Shown here in pieces: positions 11,423 through 20,922 of a stretch of 56,426 nucleotides of DNA. Origin of the DNA: an uncultured Clostridia bacterium (GTDB lineage: Bacteria > Bacillota > Clostridia > Oscillospirales > UBA644); contig CALXAO010000104.1 of the NCBI GenBank assembly GCA_944386295.1, positions 1-56,426 of the forward strand, written 5' to 3'. The position numbers were made by a program, and so were the translations under genes. Each line of letters opens with the position of its first letter. Position 1 is the first letter of the stretch. A model generated the notes under the pieces. It did no database searches. It was not told where the DNA came from and worked only from the letters and a program-made list of their open reading frames with translations.

Positions 11423-12052
11423 ATGTTAGTCTGGTGGGAGAGTTTGGGTATTTTGGGACAGGTGTTTGCCTGTATTGCAATTCCTGCGACGCTGATTTTG
11501 CTGATTCAGACGGTGCTTCTTTTCTTAGGGATAGGAGGGGAGGCGGATTCCGACGCGGATGGAGACGGCGGGGAGCCTTTGGATGGAATTTTTGGAGACG
11601 ATCTGCCGGCGGAAGCGCCCCAGGACGGTCCTGCGGAGACCGGTCTGCGGTTGTTTACATTCCGGGGAATGATTGCTTTTTTCGCGGTTATGGGCTGGAC
11701 TGGGATCGTATGCGTCAAAAGCGGGCTGCATTTGTCGCTGTCTGTTGGTCTTTCCCTTGTTGCCGGCGCGCTGGCTCTGATCGGGGTTGCTTTTCTTTTG
11801 AAACTGGTGCTGTCTTTGCAATACGACGGAACAGAAAACGTTCGCAACGCTCTGGGGGCCGGCGGTACGGTCTATCTGCGGATTCCACCCTGCCGGACCG
11901 GCCGGGGAAAGGTAAATCTGCTGATTCAGGGGGCCTGGACGGAAAAATACGCGGTGACAGATGAAGAAACAGAATTGGGGTACGGCGAGGAAGTGGTTGT
12001 GGTGGGTGTCAGCGGCGGCACAACGTTAATTGTGAAGCGTCAAAATACTTAA
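11423..12052 (+). CDS. NfeD-family membrane protein (flotillin partner)
   Basis: GGAGG RBS. N-terminal TM helices, an acidic linker, then a C-terminal OB-like beta domain (GTVYLRIPP...GKVNLLIQGAWTEKYAV...GEEVVVVGVSGGTTLIV). Immediately upstream of a flotillin gene. Confidence 0.7.
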   Translation: MLVWWESLGILGQVFACIAIPATLILLIQTVLLFLGIGGEADSDADGDGGEPLDGIFGDDLPAEAPQDGPAETGLRLFTFRGMIAFFAVMGWTGIVCVKSGLHLSLSVGLSLVAGALALIGVAFLLKLVLSLQYDGTENVRNALGAGGTVYLRIPPCRTGRGKVNLLIQGAWTEKYAVTDEETELGYGEEVVVVGVSGGTTLIVKRQNT

Positions 12053-12078
12053 AAAAGATTTCAAGGAGGAACATAGTT

Positions 12079-13455
12079 ATGGAAGTATTGATTTTGGCCT
12101 CGGTAATCGGTGTAATTTTATTTTCGCTGATTATCTGGTTGTTTTCCCGGTACAAAAAGTGCCCATCCGATAAAGTGATGGTCATTTATGGCCGGGTGGG
12201 AAAGAATAAAGACGGCACGGCCCGCAGTGCCCGCTGTATTCACGGCGGTGCGGCCTTTATTGTACCGGTGGTTCAGGCATATGAGTTTTTGGACTTGACA
12301 CCGATTTCTATTTCAGTGGATCTGAAAAACGCTCTTTCCCGGCAGAATATCCGCATTGACGTGCCTTCCCGATTTACTGTGGGAATTTCCACAGAACAGG
12401 GCGTAATGCAGAATGCCGCGGAGCGTCTTCTGGGACTGAAGCTGACTGAAATTCAGGAGCTTTCCAAGGATATTATTTTCGGGCAGCTGCGACTGATTAT
12501 TGCTACCATGGACATTGAGGAAATCAACACCGACCGGGATAAATTCCTGGAAGCGGTAAGCCGGAACGTGGAAACCGAACTGAAAAAGATCGGGTTACGG
12601 CTGATTAACGTCAATGTTACTGATATCAGCGATGAAAGTGGATACATTACTGCATTGGGAAAAGAAGCGGCAGCCAAAGCGATAAACGACGCGAAAAAGA
12701 GTGTGGCTGAGAAGGAACGGGATGGGTCTATTGGGCAGGCAAACGCCAAAATGGACGAACGGATTAAGGTTTCCCAGGCCGACTCTGTGGCAATTCAGGG
12801 TGAAAACGAAGCAAAAATGCAGGTTGCCATGTCTAACGCTGCCCTGCGGGAAAAGCAGGCTGAGGCCTTGCGGATTGCCACTTCCGCAGAAAAAATTCAG
12901 GCTGCGAAAGCATTGGAAGACGCCTATGCTGCCGAACAGGAAGCGGAACGGGCCCGGTACGCCTTGGAGCAGGCTACCCAGGAAGCCGATGTTATTGTCA
13001 ATGCTGAAATCCAGAAGCGGCAGGCGGAACTGGCTGCCGAAGCGGAAGCCGAGCAGATCCGTCGGAAAGCCAAAGGGGAGGCGGACGCTATTTTGGCAAA
13101 AATGCAGGCCGAGGCCCAAGGTATGGAGGAAATTCTCAGCAAGCAGGCGGCAGGGTTTGCCAAGGTAGTGAGTGCGGCCGGCGGTGACGCAGACGCCGCG
13201 TTGAAGCTTCTGATTGCCGATAAGCTGGAAGAACTGATGCGGATTCAGGTGGACGCTATTAAGAATATCAAGATTGATAAGGTTACGGTCTGGGATAGCG
13301 GTACCGGCGGAAAAGAAGGTAAAAATACTACCGCTGATTTTCTGTCGGGGCTAATGAAGTCTGTGCCCCCGCTGTCGGAGGTCTTTGATTTATCGGGGAT
13401 GACATTGCCGGAGATTTTGGGTAAGAAGGTTGCAGAGACACCCGAGGAAGTTTGA
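12079..13455 (+). CDS. floA: Flotillin-like SPFH/band-7 protein
   Basis: N-terminal TM helix and SPFH domain. This is followed by a long Ala/Glu/Gln-rich coiled-coil (EA repeats) and a C-terminal flotillin tail. Classic nfeD-flotillin pairing. Confidence 0.85.
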   Translation: MEVLILASVIGVILFSLIIWLFSRYKKCPSDKVMVIYGRVGKNKDGTARSARCIHGGAAFIVPVVQAYEFLDLTPISISVDLKNALSRQNIRIDVPSRFTVGISTEQGVMQNAAERLLGLKLTEIQELSKDIIFGQLRLIIATMDIEEINTDRDKFLEAVSRNVETELKKIGLRLINVNVTDISDESGYITALGKEAAAKAINDAKKSVAEKERDGSIGQANAKMDERIKVSQADSVAIQGENEAKMQVAMSNAALREKQAEALRIATSAEKIQAAKALEDAYAAEQEAERARYALEQATQEADVIVNAEIQKRQAELAAEAEAEQIRRKAKGEADAILAKMQAEAQGMEEILSKQAAGFAKVVSAAGGDADAALKLLIADKLEELMRIQVDAIKNIKIDKVTVWDSGTGGKEGKNTTADFLSGLMKSVPPLSEVFDLSGMTLPEILGKKVAETPEEV

Positions 13456-13462
13456 TTTTTTT

Positions 13463-13490
13463 ACGGACGCGGCAGCGCGTCCGCTTTTTC
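13463..13490 (+). terminator. Intrinsic terminator after flotillin
   Basis: Hairpin cggacgcg-gcag-cgcgtccg followed by cttttt. Confidence 0.65.
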
Positions 13491-13582
13491 ATAATTTGTT
13501 TCCGAAAACACGCTGAAAATTCACAAATGTCTGGTAAAATGAAAAAAAGTTTTGGCAACAAAAAAGAAAAGAGGTTTAGGTT

Positions 13583-14395
13583 ATGGAACAGATTATTCAA
13601 ACCGTTCTGGAAACCGGATTGGAAAAGCCGGTTCGGATTCTCCACGCGACGGATGTACATTTGGTGGAATACGCGGCGGAAGACCCTGTAGAACAGCAGG
13701 AACACATGATTGCCCGCCGGGAGGTGTTTCGCAAGGAAGCAAATTTCCCGCCCCATACGCAGAACGAATATTTTGAGGAAGCCTTCCGGATGGCGGAAGA
13801 ACAGGATGCGCTGATGGTGGTTACCGGAGATGTGATGGACATTAACTGCAAGGGAAACTGGAAGGAATTCCACCGGATTGCCGATGGGCACGATTTTATG
13901 TTTACCCCTGGCAGCCATGAGTTTGCAAAATTTTGCCGGACGCCGAAGGAAGATTTCCCCGCATACTATGCCCAGGCCCGGCCACAGGTGGAAGCCGCTT
14001 TTCCCAATATCAAATTCCGGTTTGACAGCCGTGTGGTGGGCGGTCTGAACGTGGTTACTATTGACAACAGCGAGGACTATTTCCGGGAGCAGGAGTTTGA
14101 GGCGCTTAAAAAAGAGGCGGAAAAGGGTTTGCCCATGGTCCTGTTTATGCACGAGCCTCTTCATGATCACGGTCTGCTGCGGATTGCCACGCCCAACCCG
14201 GTGCTTCGCCGGACTGCGGAGGAATACCGGATCAATGACGAGATGATTTCTTTTATTGGGCGCTGCCCTCTGATTTTGGCGACCTTTGCCGGCCATTGGC
14301 ACGGACAGACGGAGGCGGTGGCTCCTTTTGGGGCCAAGGTATATGTGACCCCGGGGCTGTTCAAGGGCATTGTCCGGATGATTGAAGTGCGCTGA
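13583..14395 (+). CDS. Calcineurin-like metallophosphoesterase, tandem paralog 1
   Basis: Motifs ILHATDVHL (D-x-H), VTGDVMD (GDxxD) and GHWH (GHxH). 270 aa. Confidence 0.7.
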   Translation: MEQIIQTVLETGLEKPVRILHATDVHLVEYAAEDPVEQQEHMIARREVFRKEANFPPHTQNEYFEEAFRMAEEQDALMVVTGDVMDINCKGNWKEFHRIADGHDFMFTPGSHEFAKFCRTPKEDFPAYYAQARPQVEAAFPNIKFRFDSRVVGGLNVVTIDNSEDYFREQEFEALKKEAEKGLPMVLFMHEPLHDHGLLRIATPNPVLRRTAEEYRINDEMISFIGRCPLILATFAGHWHGQTEAVAPFGAKVYVTPGLFKGIVRMIEVR

Positions 14396-14408
14396 GGGGG
14401 AAGCTAGA

Positions 14409-15218
14409 ATGGAACAGATTCTGCATACCGTTTTAGAAGCTGGGCTGGAAAAGCCGGTCCGGATTCTGCAGGTAACTGACGTGCATTTGGTGGAGTATAG
14501 CGATCAGGATCCGGTCGACCAGCAGGAGCTGCTGAAGCGCCGCCGGGAAACCTTCCGCAAGGAGGGGGGATACCCGCCTCATACCCAGAACGAGTATCTG
14601 GAAGAGGCTTTCCGGATTGCGGAGGAGCAGGATGCCCTGCTGGTGATTACCGGGGACGCGATGGATTTGAACAGCGATGGAAACCACCGGGAGTTCCGTC
14701 GGATTACCGCCGGGAAGGATTTTATGTTTACACCGGGGGGACACGAGTTCCAACGCATCTGTAAGCGGGTTCTGGATGAGCCTGCCGATTATTATCCGGG
14801 AGCTCGGGCCAGGGTTGCCGCCGCGTTTCCTGAACTGAAGCTGACCTTTGATAGCCGTGTGGTGGGTGGCGTCAACGTGATTACTATGGACAACAGTGTG
14901 GACTATTTCCAGGCGGAAATTTTGGACGCGCTGGAAAAGGAAGTACAGAAAGGGCTGCCGATGGTGCTGTTTATGCATGATCCGCTTCATGACAAAGCAC
15001 TGCTGCATATTGCGGGAATTCCGTTGCAGCGGCCAACCGACGAAGAATACCGGATCAGTGACCAGGTCATTGAACTAATTGGCACTTGTCCGTTGGTGCT
15101 GGCTACCTTCGCGGGCCATTACCATTCGGAACAGGAAACGATTGCTCCCTGCGGTGCAAAGGTATATGTAACGCCGGGATTGTTCAAGGGAATTGCCCGG
15201 ATGATTGAAATTCGCTGA
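14409..15218 (+). CDS. Calcineurin-like metallophosphoesterase, tandem paralog 2
   Basis: About 65-70% identical to the upstream gene over the full length (MEQILHTVLEAGLEKPVRIL..., GHYH). Start 14 nt after paralog 1's stop. The track ORF begins at 14382 and overlaps paralog 1. Confidence 0.7.
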   Translation: MEQILHTVLEAGLEKPVRILQVTDVHLVEYSDQDPVDQQELLKRRRETFRKEGGYPPHTQNEYLEEAFRIAEEQDALLVITGDAMDLNSDGNHREFRRITAGKDFMFTPGGHEFQRICKRVLDEPADYYPGARARVAAAFPELKLTFDSRVVGGVNVITMDNSVDYFQAEILDALEKEVQKGLPMVLFMHDPLHDKALLHIAGIPLQRPTDEEYRISDQVIELIGTCPLVLATFAGHYHSEQETIAPCGAKVYVTPGLFKGIARMIEIR

Positions 15219-15246
15219 ATCAAACACAAAACAGTTGCGGCCGGAG

Positions 15247-15273
15247 GAAATCCTCCCGGCCGCGAAATACTGA
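15247..15273 (+). other. Perfect 11-bp hairpin without U-tract between MPE-2 and the MATE gene
   Basis: gcggccggagg-aaat-cctcccggccgc. No T-run follows, so it may be an RNA stabiliser or processing site rather than a terminator. Confidence 0.4.
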
Positions 15274-15290
15274 AAAGGCAGGAATAACGC

Positions 15291-16700
15291 ATGTCAAAAC
15301 AGTTACAGGAAAATAAAATGGGAACCATGCCGGTTCCCCGGCTGGTGGCTACCATGTCTTTGCCGATTATTTTATCCATGGTAGTGCAGGCCTTGTATAA
15401 TGTGGTTGACAGCTACTTTGTAGCACAGGTCAGCCGTGAGGCACTTACTGCCGTGGGACAGGCTTTTTCGGCTCAGAACTTGATGATCGGCATTGCCACG
15501 GGCACTGGTGTAGGCGTTAATGCACTTCTATCCCGGGCTTTGGGGGAAAAGAATCCTCAGAAAGCTAACCGGATTGCGGGGAATGGTCTGCTGCTGGCAC
15601 TGGTTGGGTATTTGATTGTCCTGCTGTTTGGATTGCTGGGCACCGACCTGTATTTCCGAGGTATTCTCAGTTCCGCCAATCTGGACGGGGGACTGGACCT
15701 GGAAGCGGTTCGCCAGGCGGGGAACGATTATTTGCAGATCTGTACTATTTTTTCCTTTGGACTGTTTGGGCAGATTCTGTTTGAACGACTCATTCAGGCT
15801 ACGGGAAGGGCTGTATTCACTCTTTATTCGCAGGGTGTGGGTGCGTTAATTAATATTTTGCTCGATCCGATTTTTATTTTGGAGGATATTTCTTTTCTTC
15901 CGTTTTCTGGATTTGGTATGGGGGCAAAGGGGGCAGCTATTGCCACGGTTATTGGACAGATTGTGGCAATGATTCTGGGATTTATTTTAAATCAGAAATT
16001 CAACCGGGAAATTCGGTTCAGTCTGTCCAGTTTACGGCCTGACCTGAAAATTATCGGAAATATTTATTCCATCGGCATTCCTTCAATTATTATGGTCGCT
16101 GTTGGATCGGTAATGTATTATTTGATCAATATGATCGTCATGACTGTTTCCAGTGTGGGATCCACCCTGTTTGGTGTTTATTTTAAACTGCAAAGTTTTG
16201 TGTTTATGCCTTTGTTCGGCATAAATAATGGAGTGATTCCCATCATGGGATACAATTTTGGCGCTGGAAATCGCCGACGGTTGGAACACACGGTCCGGAC
16301 CGCCTTGTTGTTTGCTTGCTTTTTCATGGGAACGGGGCTTTTCCTGATGCAGTGGGTGCCCGATTTGCTGATAGGTTTGTTTGAATCCGACCCCACAGTA
16401 ATTGCCTTGGGATGTACCGCGCTGCGGATTATTAGTCTTAGTTTTTTGTTTGCGGGGTTTAGCGTGATTTTAAGCGCGGTGTTTCAGGCTTTGGGTAAAG
16501 GAGTTTACTCTATGTTTGTTTCCATTGCTCGGCAGCTTTTGGTACTGGTTCCCGTCGCATGGTTTTTGTCTCGAGCGGGACAGTTAGATCTGATCTGGTG
16601 GGCATTTCCCATTGCCGAAGTGATTTCTCTGGCTGTGAGTTTGGGGTGCTTTTTGCAACTCCGGAAGAGAATTATTTCAAAGATTCCGTTAGGTGTATAA
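15291..16700 (+). CDS. MATE-family efflux transporter
   Basis: 469 aa, 12 predicted TM segments. The MATE N-terminal signature is LPIILSMVVQALYNVVDSYFVAQVS. Confidence 0.8.
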   Translation: MSKQLQENKMGTMPVPRLVATMSLPIILSMVVQALYNVVDSYFVAQVSREALTAVGQAFSAQNLMIGIATGTGVGVNALLSRALGEKNPQKANRIAGNGLLLALVGYLIVLLFGLLGTDLYFRGILSSANLDGGLDLEAVRQAGNDYLQICTIFSFGLFGQILFERLIQATGRAVFTLYSQGVGALINILLDPIFILEDISFLPFSGFGMGAKGAAIATVIGQIVAMILGFILNQKFNREIRFSLSSLRPDLKIIGNIYSIGIPSIIMVAVGSVMYYLINMIVMTVSSVGSTLFGVYFKLQSFVFMPLFGINNGVIPIMGYNFGAGNRRRLEHTVRTALLFACFFMGTGLFLMQWVPDLLIGLFESDPTVIALGCTALRIISLSFLFAGFSVILSAVFQALGKGVYSMFVSIARQLLVLVPVAWFLSRAGQLDLIWWAFPIAEVISLAVSLGCFLQLRKRIISKIPLGV

Positions 16701-16746
16701 AAAAAGATGCCGGACAGATTAGGCAGCGTCCTATAAGGAGATAAAA

Positions 16747-17280
16747 ATGATAAGAAAGATAGCAAATAAAATTAGCAAGCGGTATGTCCTTATCTCACTG
16801 ATTCTGGTTGGTCTGATAGGTCTTTTTATGATTCTTGTGTTCATGGGCTATTTTTTCGATATGGCAAATGGCTATCCGTACATGGAAACGAAATTTGGTT
16901 TTCTTCCAGACGATCTTTTTGAAATAGCAGAAGGATACGGGGCTGCTGGGCGCAGCTTATATATCAAAAGTGCGCTCAGCCTGGATTTGCTCGTCCCGCT
17001 ACTAGGGGCCAATTTTTTTACTTCCCTTACGCTGTATCTGATGAAGAAAAACTCTGGTGGAGAGGAACGGTATGGGTTAGCATTTATACTGGGGGTGGTG
17101 TCCTGCCTTTCGGATTGGCTTGAAAATCTCGCCATGATTGGAGTGATTACAACTTACGAACAACCCGTTATGGCCTTTGCTGTTATGGCAAGAATTATGA
17201 CAACGATAAAATATTTAACAATCGTCATATTTGTCGCAGTTATTGTCCGAGAAAAATATCTGAGTAAACGGCGATTGTGA
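16747..17280 (+). CDS. Hypothetical polytopic membrane protein
   Basis: 177-aa ORF with 4-5 hydrophobic segments. No recognisable motif. Confidence 0.4.
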   Translation: MIRKIANKISKRYVLISLILVGLIGLFMILVFMGYFFDMANGYPYMETKFGFLPDDLFEIAEGYGAAGRSLYIKSALSLDLLVPLLGANFFTSLTLYLMKKNSGGEERYGLAFILGVVSCLSDWLENLAMIGVITTYEQPVMAFAVMARIMTTIKYLTIVIFVAVIVREKYLSKRRL

Positions 17281-17477
17281 AATATTAGCTATGAAAGTTT
17301 TTATAAAGATTGGCAAGCAATGCAAACATATACATGTTTTGCGATTTTGGCCGGATTGCACCAGCCAAAATGCATGTTGAGGGATAACCCCAAGTCCCCA
17401 AGTTCGCTTACCTTCGGTGACGACCACGCATCCTGTGGACGCTGAAAATTTGAAATAGGCAAAAGAAAAACTCTATG

Positions 17478-17523
17478 CAAATGATTCATCCATTCACATA
17501 GAGTTTTCTTATTTCCCGTTTAC
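17478..17523. terminator. Putative terminator in the convergent intergenic region
   Basis: aactctatg ... catagagtt stem followed by ttttctt. The loop is long, so confidence is modest. Confidence 0.35.
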
Positions 17524-17591
17524 TTGGCATAGGTCAGTATTTCTGCAATACTTCTTTATGATCCTCTGCCATTTTCTGTCCGGCTTCTTTT

Positions 17592-18917
17592 TTATACAAG
17601 GTTTGCCAGTTCGTCCAAAATTCCCAGGTCCCAGAACAGGCGGCCGCCCACGTATTTGTCCCGAATATCTTTTGCTGCCAGGAAAGCGCCCTTGACTTCT
17701 TCTTGGGAAAGGCCGATTTTTTCCGGCGAGGTGGGGAAGCCAATCTCATTTAACCTTTGTTCTAAGGTTTCCGGCCGAGGAAGGTCCTGACGAATATTAC
17801 GGAGAATTTCATCCCAATGGGTCAAAATCATGTCCAGCCGTTTTGCGTGTTTTTCGTGGGAATATTTTTGTTCCGTTTTTTCCTTTTCAATCATTTCCTC
17901 TGCGCCCGGTCCTACGTATTCCCGAAGAAAAGAGTTCCAAGTTTCAGGGCAGAAGCTGTTCACAGCGGCCATAGCTTTTTCTCTGTCGGGAACAAAGTTT
18001 GTTACCGCCTGGTAGGCCTTCAGCACAATTAGAGTGCCGATACCGCATTGAATACCGTGCAGATCTACTGGAGTGCCGAATGCCAATCCCCGCATATCCC
18101 ACAGATGAGAAATATAATGCTCCATGCCGGAGGCCGGACGGGACACTCCGGCGTAATTCATGCTGATACCGGCCAAAATCATGCCTTCCATCACAGTTTT
18201 TACCGCTTCCGGTTCCCGGCGCAGAGCAGCCGGAGCCGCGTTCATACACTGGTCCAGTGTTTGCTGAACCAAAGACGCGATCCAAGGGCAATAATATTCA
18301 CCAAGAAGCAGATGGGCCAATTCCCATTCAAATAGGCTGATATATTTGGCTGTCATATCTCCGATTCCAGCCAAAATCATTCGTTCCGGTGCTTGACATA
18401 GGACCTGAGTATCTCCAAGGACAGCGTCAGGGCAGACCGAGGGTATCGATACTTTCAGTCCGTTGTATTCCATAGAAGAGGTTGCGGAGGCATAGCCGTC
18501 CATAGAGGGCGCTGTTGCTACAATAATATAAGGCCGTCCCGTTAAAGCAGCGATGACTTTTCCGGTATCATTGAGTACGCCGCTTCCTACGCTGACAATG
18601 CAGTCGCAGGTCTGGTCAAAGGCAAGGGCTGTCTTTCCCACGGTTTTTTCATCGGGGAACAGATGGCTTTCCGTAAAGCAGTAAACGCGTACTTCTATTC
18701 CGGCTGCGGTAAGCAAGGCTTCTGCCTGGTTCCCGGCAGCGTTTCGAGTATGTTTGTCGCAAAGCAGAAATACCCGGGTTCCATTGTATTTTTTTACTAT
18801 GTCAGGCAACCGGTTGAGCGCACCATCTTCCAAAATCAGATCTTTGAGTTTTGCATAATGACGCTTTCCGCAGGCGCAAGAAAAACCGTCTTCGGCTAAT
18901 AGTTGATGCAATGTCAT
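17592..18917 (-). CDS. Iron-containing alcohol dehydrogenase / dehydroquinate synthase-like superfamily protein (glycerol-1-phosphate dehydrogenase AraM/EgsA-like)
   Basis: 441 aa. A Gly-rich nucleotide loop (VGSGVLNDTGK) and an overall Fe-ADH-like pattern. Longer than typical G1PDH proteins. Confidence 0.55.
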   Translation of the reverse strand: MTLHQLLAEDGFSCACGKRHYAKLKDLILEDGALNRLPDIVKKYNGTRVFLLCDKHTRNAAGNQAEALLTAAGIEVRVYCFTESHLFPDEKTVGKTALAFDQTCDCIVSVGSGVLNDTGKVIAALTGRPYIIVATAPSMDGYASATSSMEYNGLKVSIPSVCPDAVLGDTQVLCQAPERMILAGIGDMTAKYISLFEWELAHLLLGEYYCPWIASLVQQTLDQCMNAAPAALRREPEAVKTVMEGMILAGISMNYAGVSRPASGMEHYISHLWDMRGLAFGTPVDLHGIQCGIGTLIVLKAYQAVTNFVPDREKAMAAVNSFCPETWNSFLREYVGPGAEEMIEKEKTEQKYSHEKHAKRLDMILTHWDEILRNIRQDLPRPETLEQRLNEIGFPTSPEKIGLSQEEVKGAFLAAKDIRDKYVGGRLFWDLGILDELANLV

Positions 18918-18998
18918 AGTATTCCTCCTTTGAATTTATTATAGCACAGTTTGTAAGGAAAAGCAAGGGGAGAAATAAAAATTTAAAATATTTTTTCT

Positions 18999-19027
18999 TG
19001 ACATCAAAAAAAAATCTGGTATAATAT
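18999..19027 (+). promoter_or_regulatory. Near-consensus sigma-A promoter upstream of the MarR remnant and MATE gene
   Basis: TTGACA, a 17-nt spacer, then TATAAT. Confidence 0.6.
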
Positions 19028-19221
19028 AGTCCGAAATCATACTTTTAGGAGCAATTTTTATTCTGCAAGTCACAGGCAGTTGTTGGAATTTCTTTCTGTT
19101 AGCAATGCCATTGATGAATTTTATGGAAACCTTGCTGCGGGGGGAGGGGATGGTCTGCGAGGGCGTTTTGGACACTGTATTTTATTCGTTTGTCCGTAGA
19201 GGGGTGCACCTCTAAGCAGAT

Positions 19222-19515
19222 TTGCACACAATGGTCTATGTGCAAGCAGACGGTGCATTCTGCTTTAGGGCTATTGGTTCCCGGGCCGATCCGGTGGATC
19301 GGCGCAGTCGACAACTAATGCTGACGCCAGAAGGAAAACGGTTTGCTGCGCAGTATCTAGATCGTATTTTTGCAGCGGAGGAATATGCGTTTTCTACCTT
19401 GACGGAGGAAGATCGCCAAGCGTTGATTTCTGGTTCCCCTTGTTTTTTTGAACAGGTTCGGGATGCATGGAAAGAAGGGAAGCAAGATGAGAATTCAACT
19501 GTCAGATCATTTTAA
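19222..19515 (+). pseudogene. MarR-family regulator remnant (C-terminal dimerisation part only; the wHTH part appears frame-disrupted)
   Basis: The ORF encodes ...RADPVDRRSRQLMLTPEGKRFAAQYL... (MarR wing/dimerisation consensus DP.DRR...L.LT..G) but is only 97 aa with a TTG start. Upstream, another frame reads ...QTVHSALGLLV and then hits a stop, consistent with a frameshifted HTH. Confidence 0.35.
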
Positions 19516-20818
19516 CTATCGACGGCTGTTTCGGTTTACGCTGCCATCCGTTGTAATGATGGTTTTTACTTCTGTTTATGGCCTGGTGGATGGCCTGTTC
19601 GTTTCAAATTGTGTGGGAAGCAATGCGCTTTCCTCCATTAATATTGTATATCCGTTGGTTATGATTGTGGGTGCAGTGGGGTTTATGTTGGGTACAGGAG
19701 GCAGTGCTGAAGTGTCCAAGGCTCTTGGTCAGGGAAAGCATGAAGATGCTTGCCAGTATTTTACCACGCTGATTTTAACGCTGCTGGCTTGTGGCGTATG
19801 CTTATCTGCACTGTGTATTGCGTTCATCCGTCCCCTAGTCCGGTTGTTGGGGGCAAGTGCTTTGCTTCTGGAGGATAGCGTTACTTACGGAACAATTCTG
19901 TTATTAGGCAGTCCCTTTTTCATGCTTCAATCGGCCTTTCAGACTTTTTTTGTTGCAGCGGAGAAACCGAAGTTGGGTTTAGGCCTAACTGTATTGTCAG
20001 GTGTAACAAATATTGTTTTGGATTTCCTGTTTATTTTTTGTTTTCATTGGGGGGTGGCTGGGGCTGCGTTAGCTACCGTGGCTGGTTATGTGTTGGGCGG
20101 TGTGATTCCGTTGCTTTATTTTTTTCTGCCGAATACAAGCCTTCTGCGTTTTGCGAAAACCCATATTTATCCGGGAATGTTGTTAAAAAGTTGTGTAAAT
20201 GGGTCTTCGGAAATGGTTTCCAATGTGTCCATGTCTGTAGTCGCAATTTTGTATAACTGGAAAATGATGGACTTGATCGGTGAAGACGGGGTAGCTGCCT
20301 ATACAGCAATTATGTATGTAAACTTTTTGTTTCTTGCTATTTTTATTGGTTTTGTGATTGGGACAGCTCCGGTAATCAGCTTTCATTATGGAGCAGGAAA
20401 CCAAGCTGAGTTGAAAAATCTGTTTCGAAAAAGTGTATTCATTCTTTTCCTGACCTCTTTAAGCATGTTTTTCCTGTCTCAGGTCTGTGCGTCCTGGATT
20501 GCAGGAGCCTTTTCCGGTGGTAATTTGAATTTGGCGGCGATGGTCGGGCACGGGTTTCGTATTCACGCGGTATCCTTTCTATTTAGCAGTGTGGGGATTT
20601 TCGGCTCGGCCTTTTTTACTGCGCTTTGCAATGGCGCAGTATCTGCGTTGATTTCTTTTTTGCGCGCCCTTGTTTTTCCGGTGCTGTTCATTTTTCTGCT
20701 CCCCCTTTTCTGGAAATTGGATGGCGTTTGGATTTCCGCGGTGGCCACGGAAGGTCTAGCAGGATTGTTAACGGCCGGGTTGCTTTGGAGCAATCGGAAA
20801 AAATATGGTTACATATAA
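19487..20818 (+). CDS. MATE-family efflux transporter
   Basis: MRIQLSDHFNYRRLFRFTLPSVVMMVFTSVYGLVDGLFVSN is MATE N-terminal consensus. 12 TM segments. The track ORF begins at 19448. Confidence 0.8.
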   Translation: MRIQLSDHFNYRRLFRFTLPSVVMMVFTSVYGLVDGLFVSNCVGSNALSSINIVYPLVMIVGAVGFMLGTGGSAEVSKALGQGKHEDACQYFTTLILTLLACGVCLSALCIAFIRPLVRLLGASALLLEDSVTYGTILLLGSPFFMLQSAFQTFFVAAEKPKLGLGLTVLSGVTNIVLDFLFIFCFHWGVAGAALATVAGYVLGGVIPLLYFFLPNTSLLRFAKTHIYPGMLLKSCVNGSSEMVSNVSMSVVAILYNWKMMDLIGEDGVAAYTAIMYVNFLFLAIFIGFVIGTAPVISFHYGAGNQAELKNLFRKSVFILFLTSLSMFFLSQVCASWIAGAFSGGNLNLAAMVGHGFRIHAVSFLFSSVGIFGSAFFTALCNGAVSALISFLRALVFPVLFIFLLPLFWKLDGVWISAVATEGLAGLLTAGLLWSNRKKYGYI

Positions 20819-20922
20819 AAATGAACAAACTATGACACTCCCAATAATCGCTTGTTATTTTTTTGAAAATCAAGTATAATGGAATCAGAAAAAATTTGTC
20901 AGTTTACGGAGGGAAGAGAAAT

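Noticed and set aside
15247-15273. GC-rich perfect hairpin after the second metallophosphoesterase, considered as a terminator.
   Set aside because: No U-tract follows, and the MATE gene starts 18 nt later with no separate promoter visible. It is more likely a processing or stability element. It is kept as a low-confidence feature rather than a terminator.
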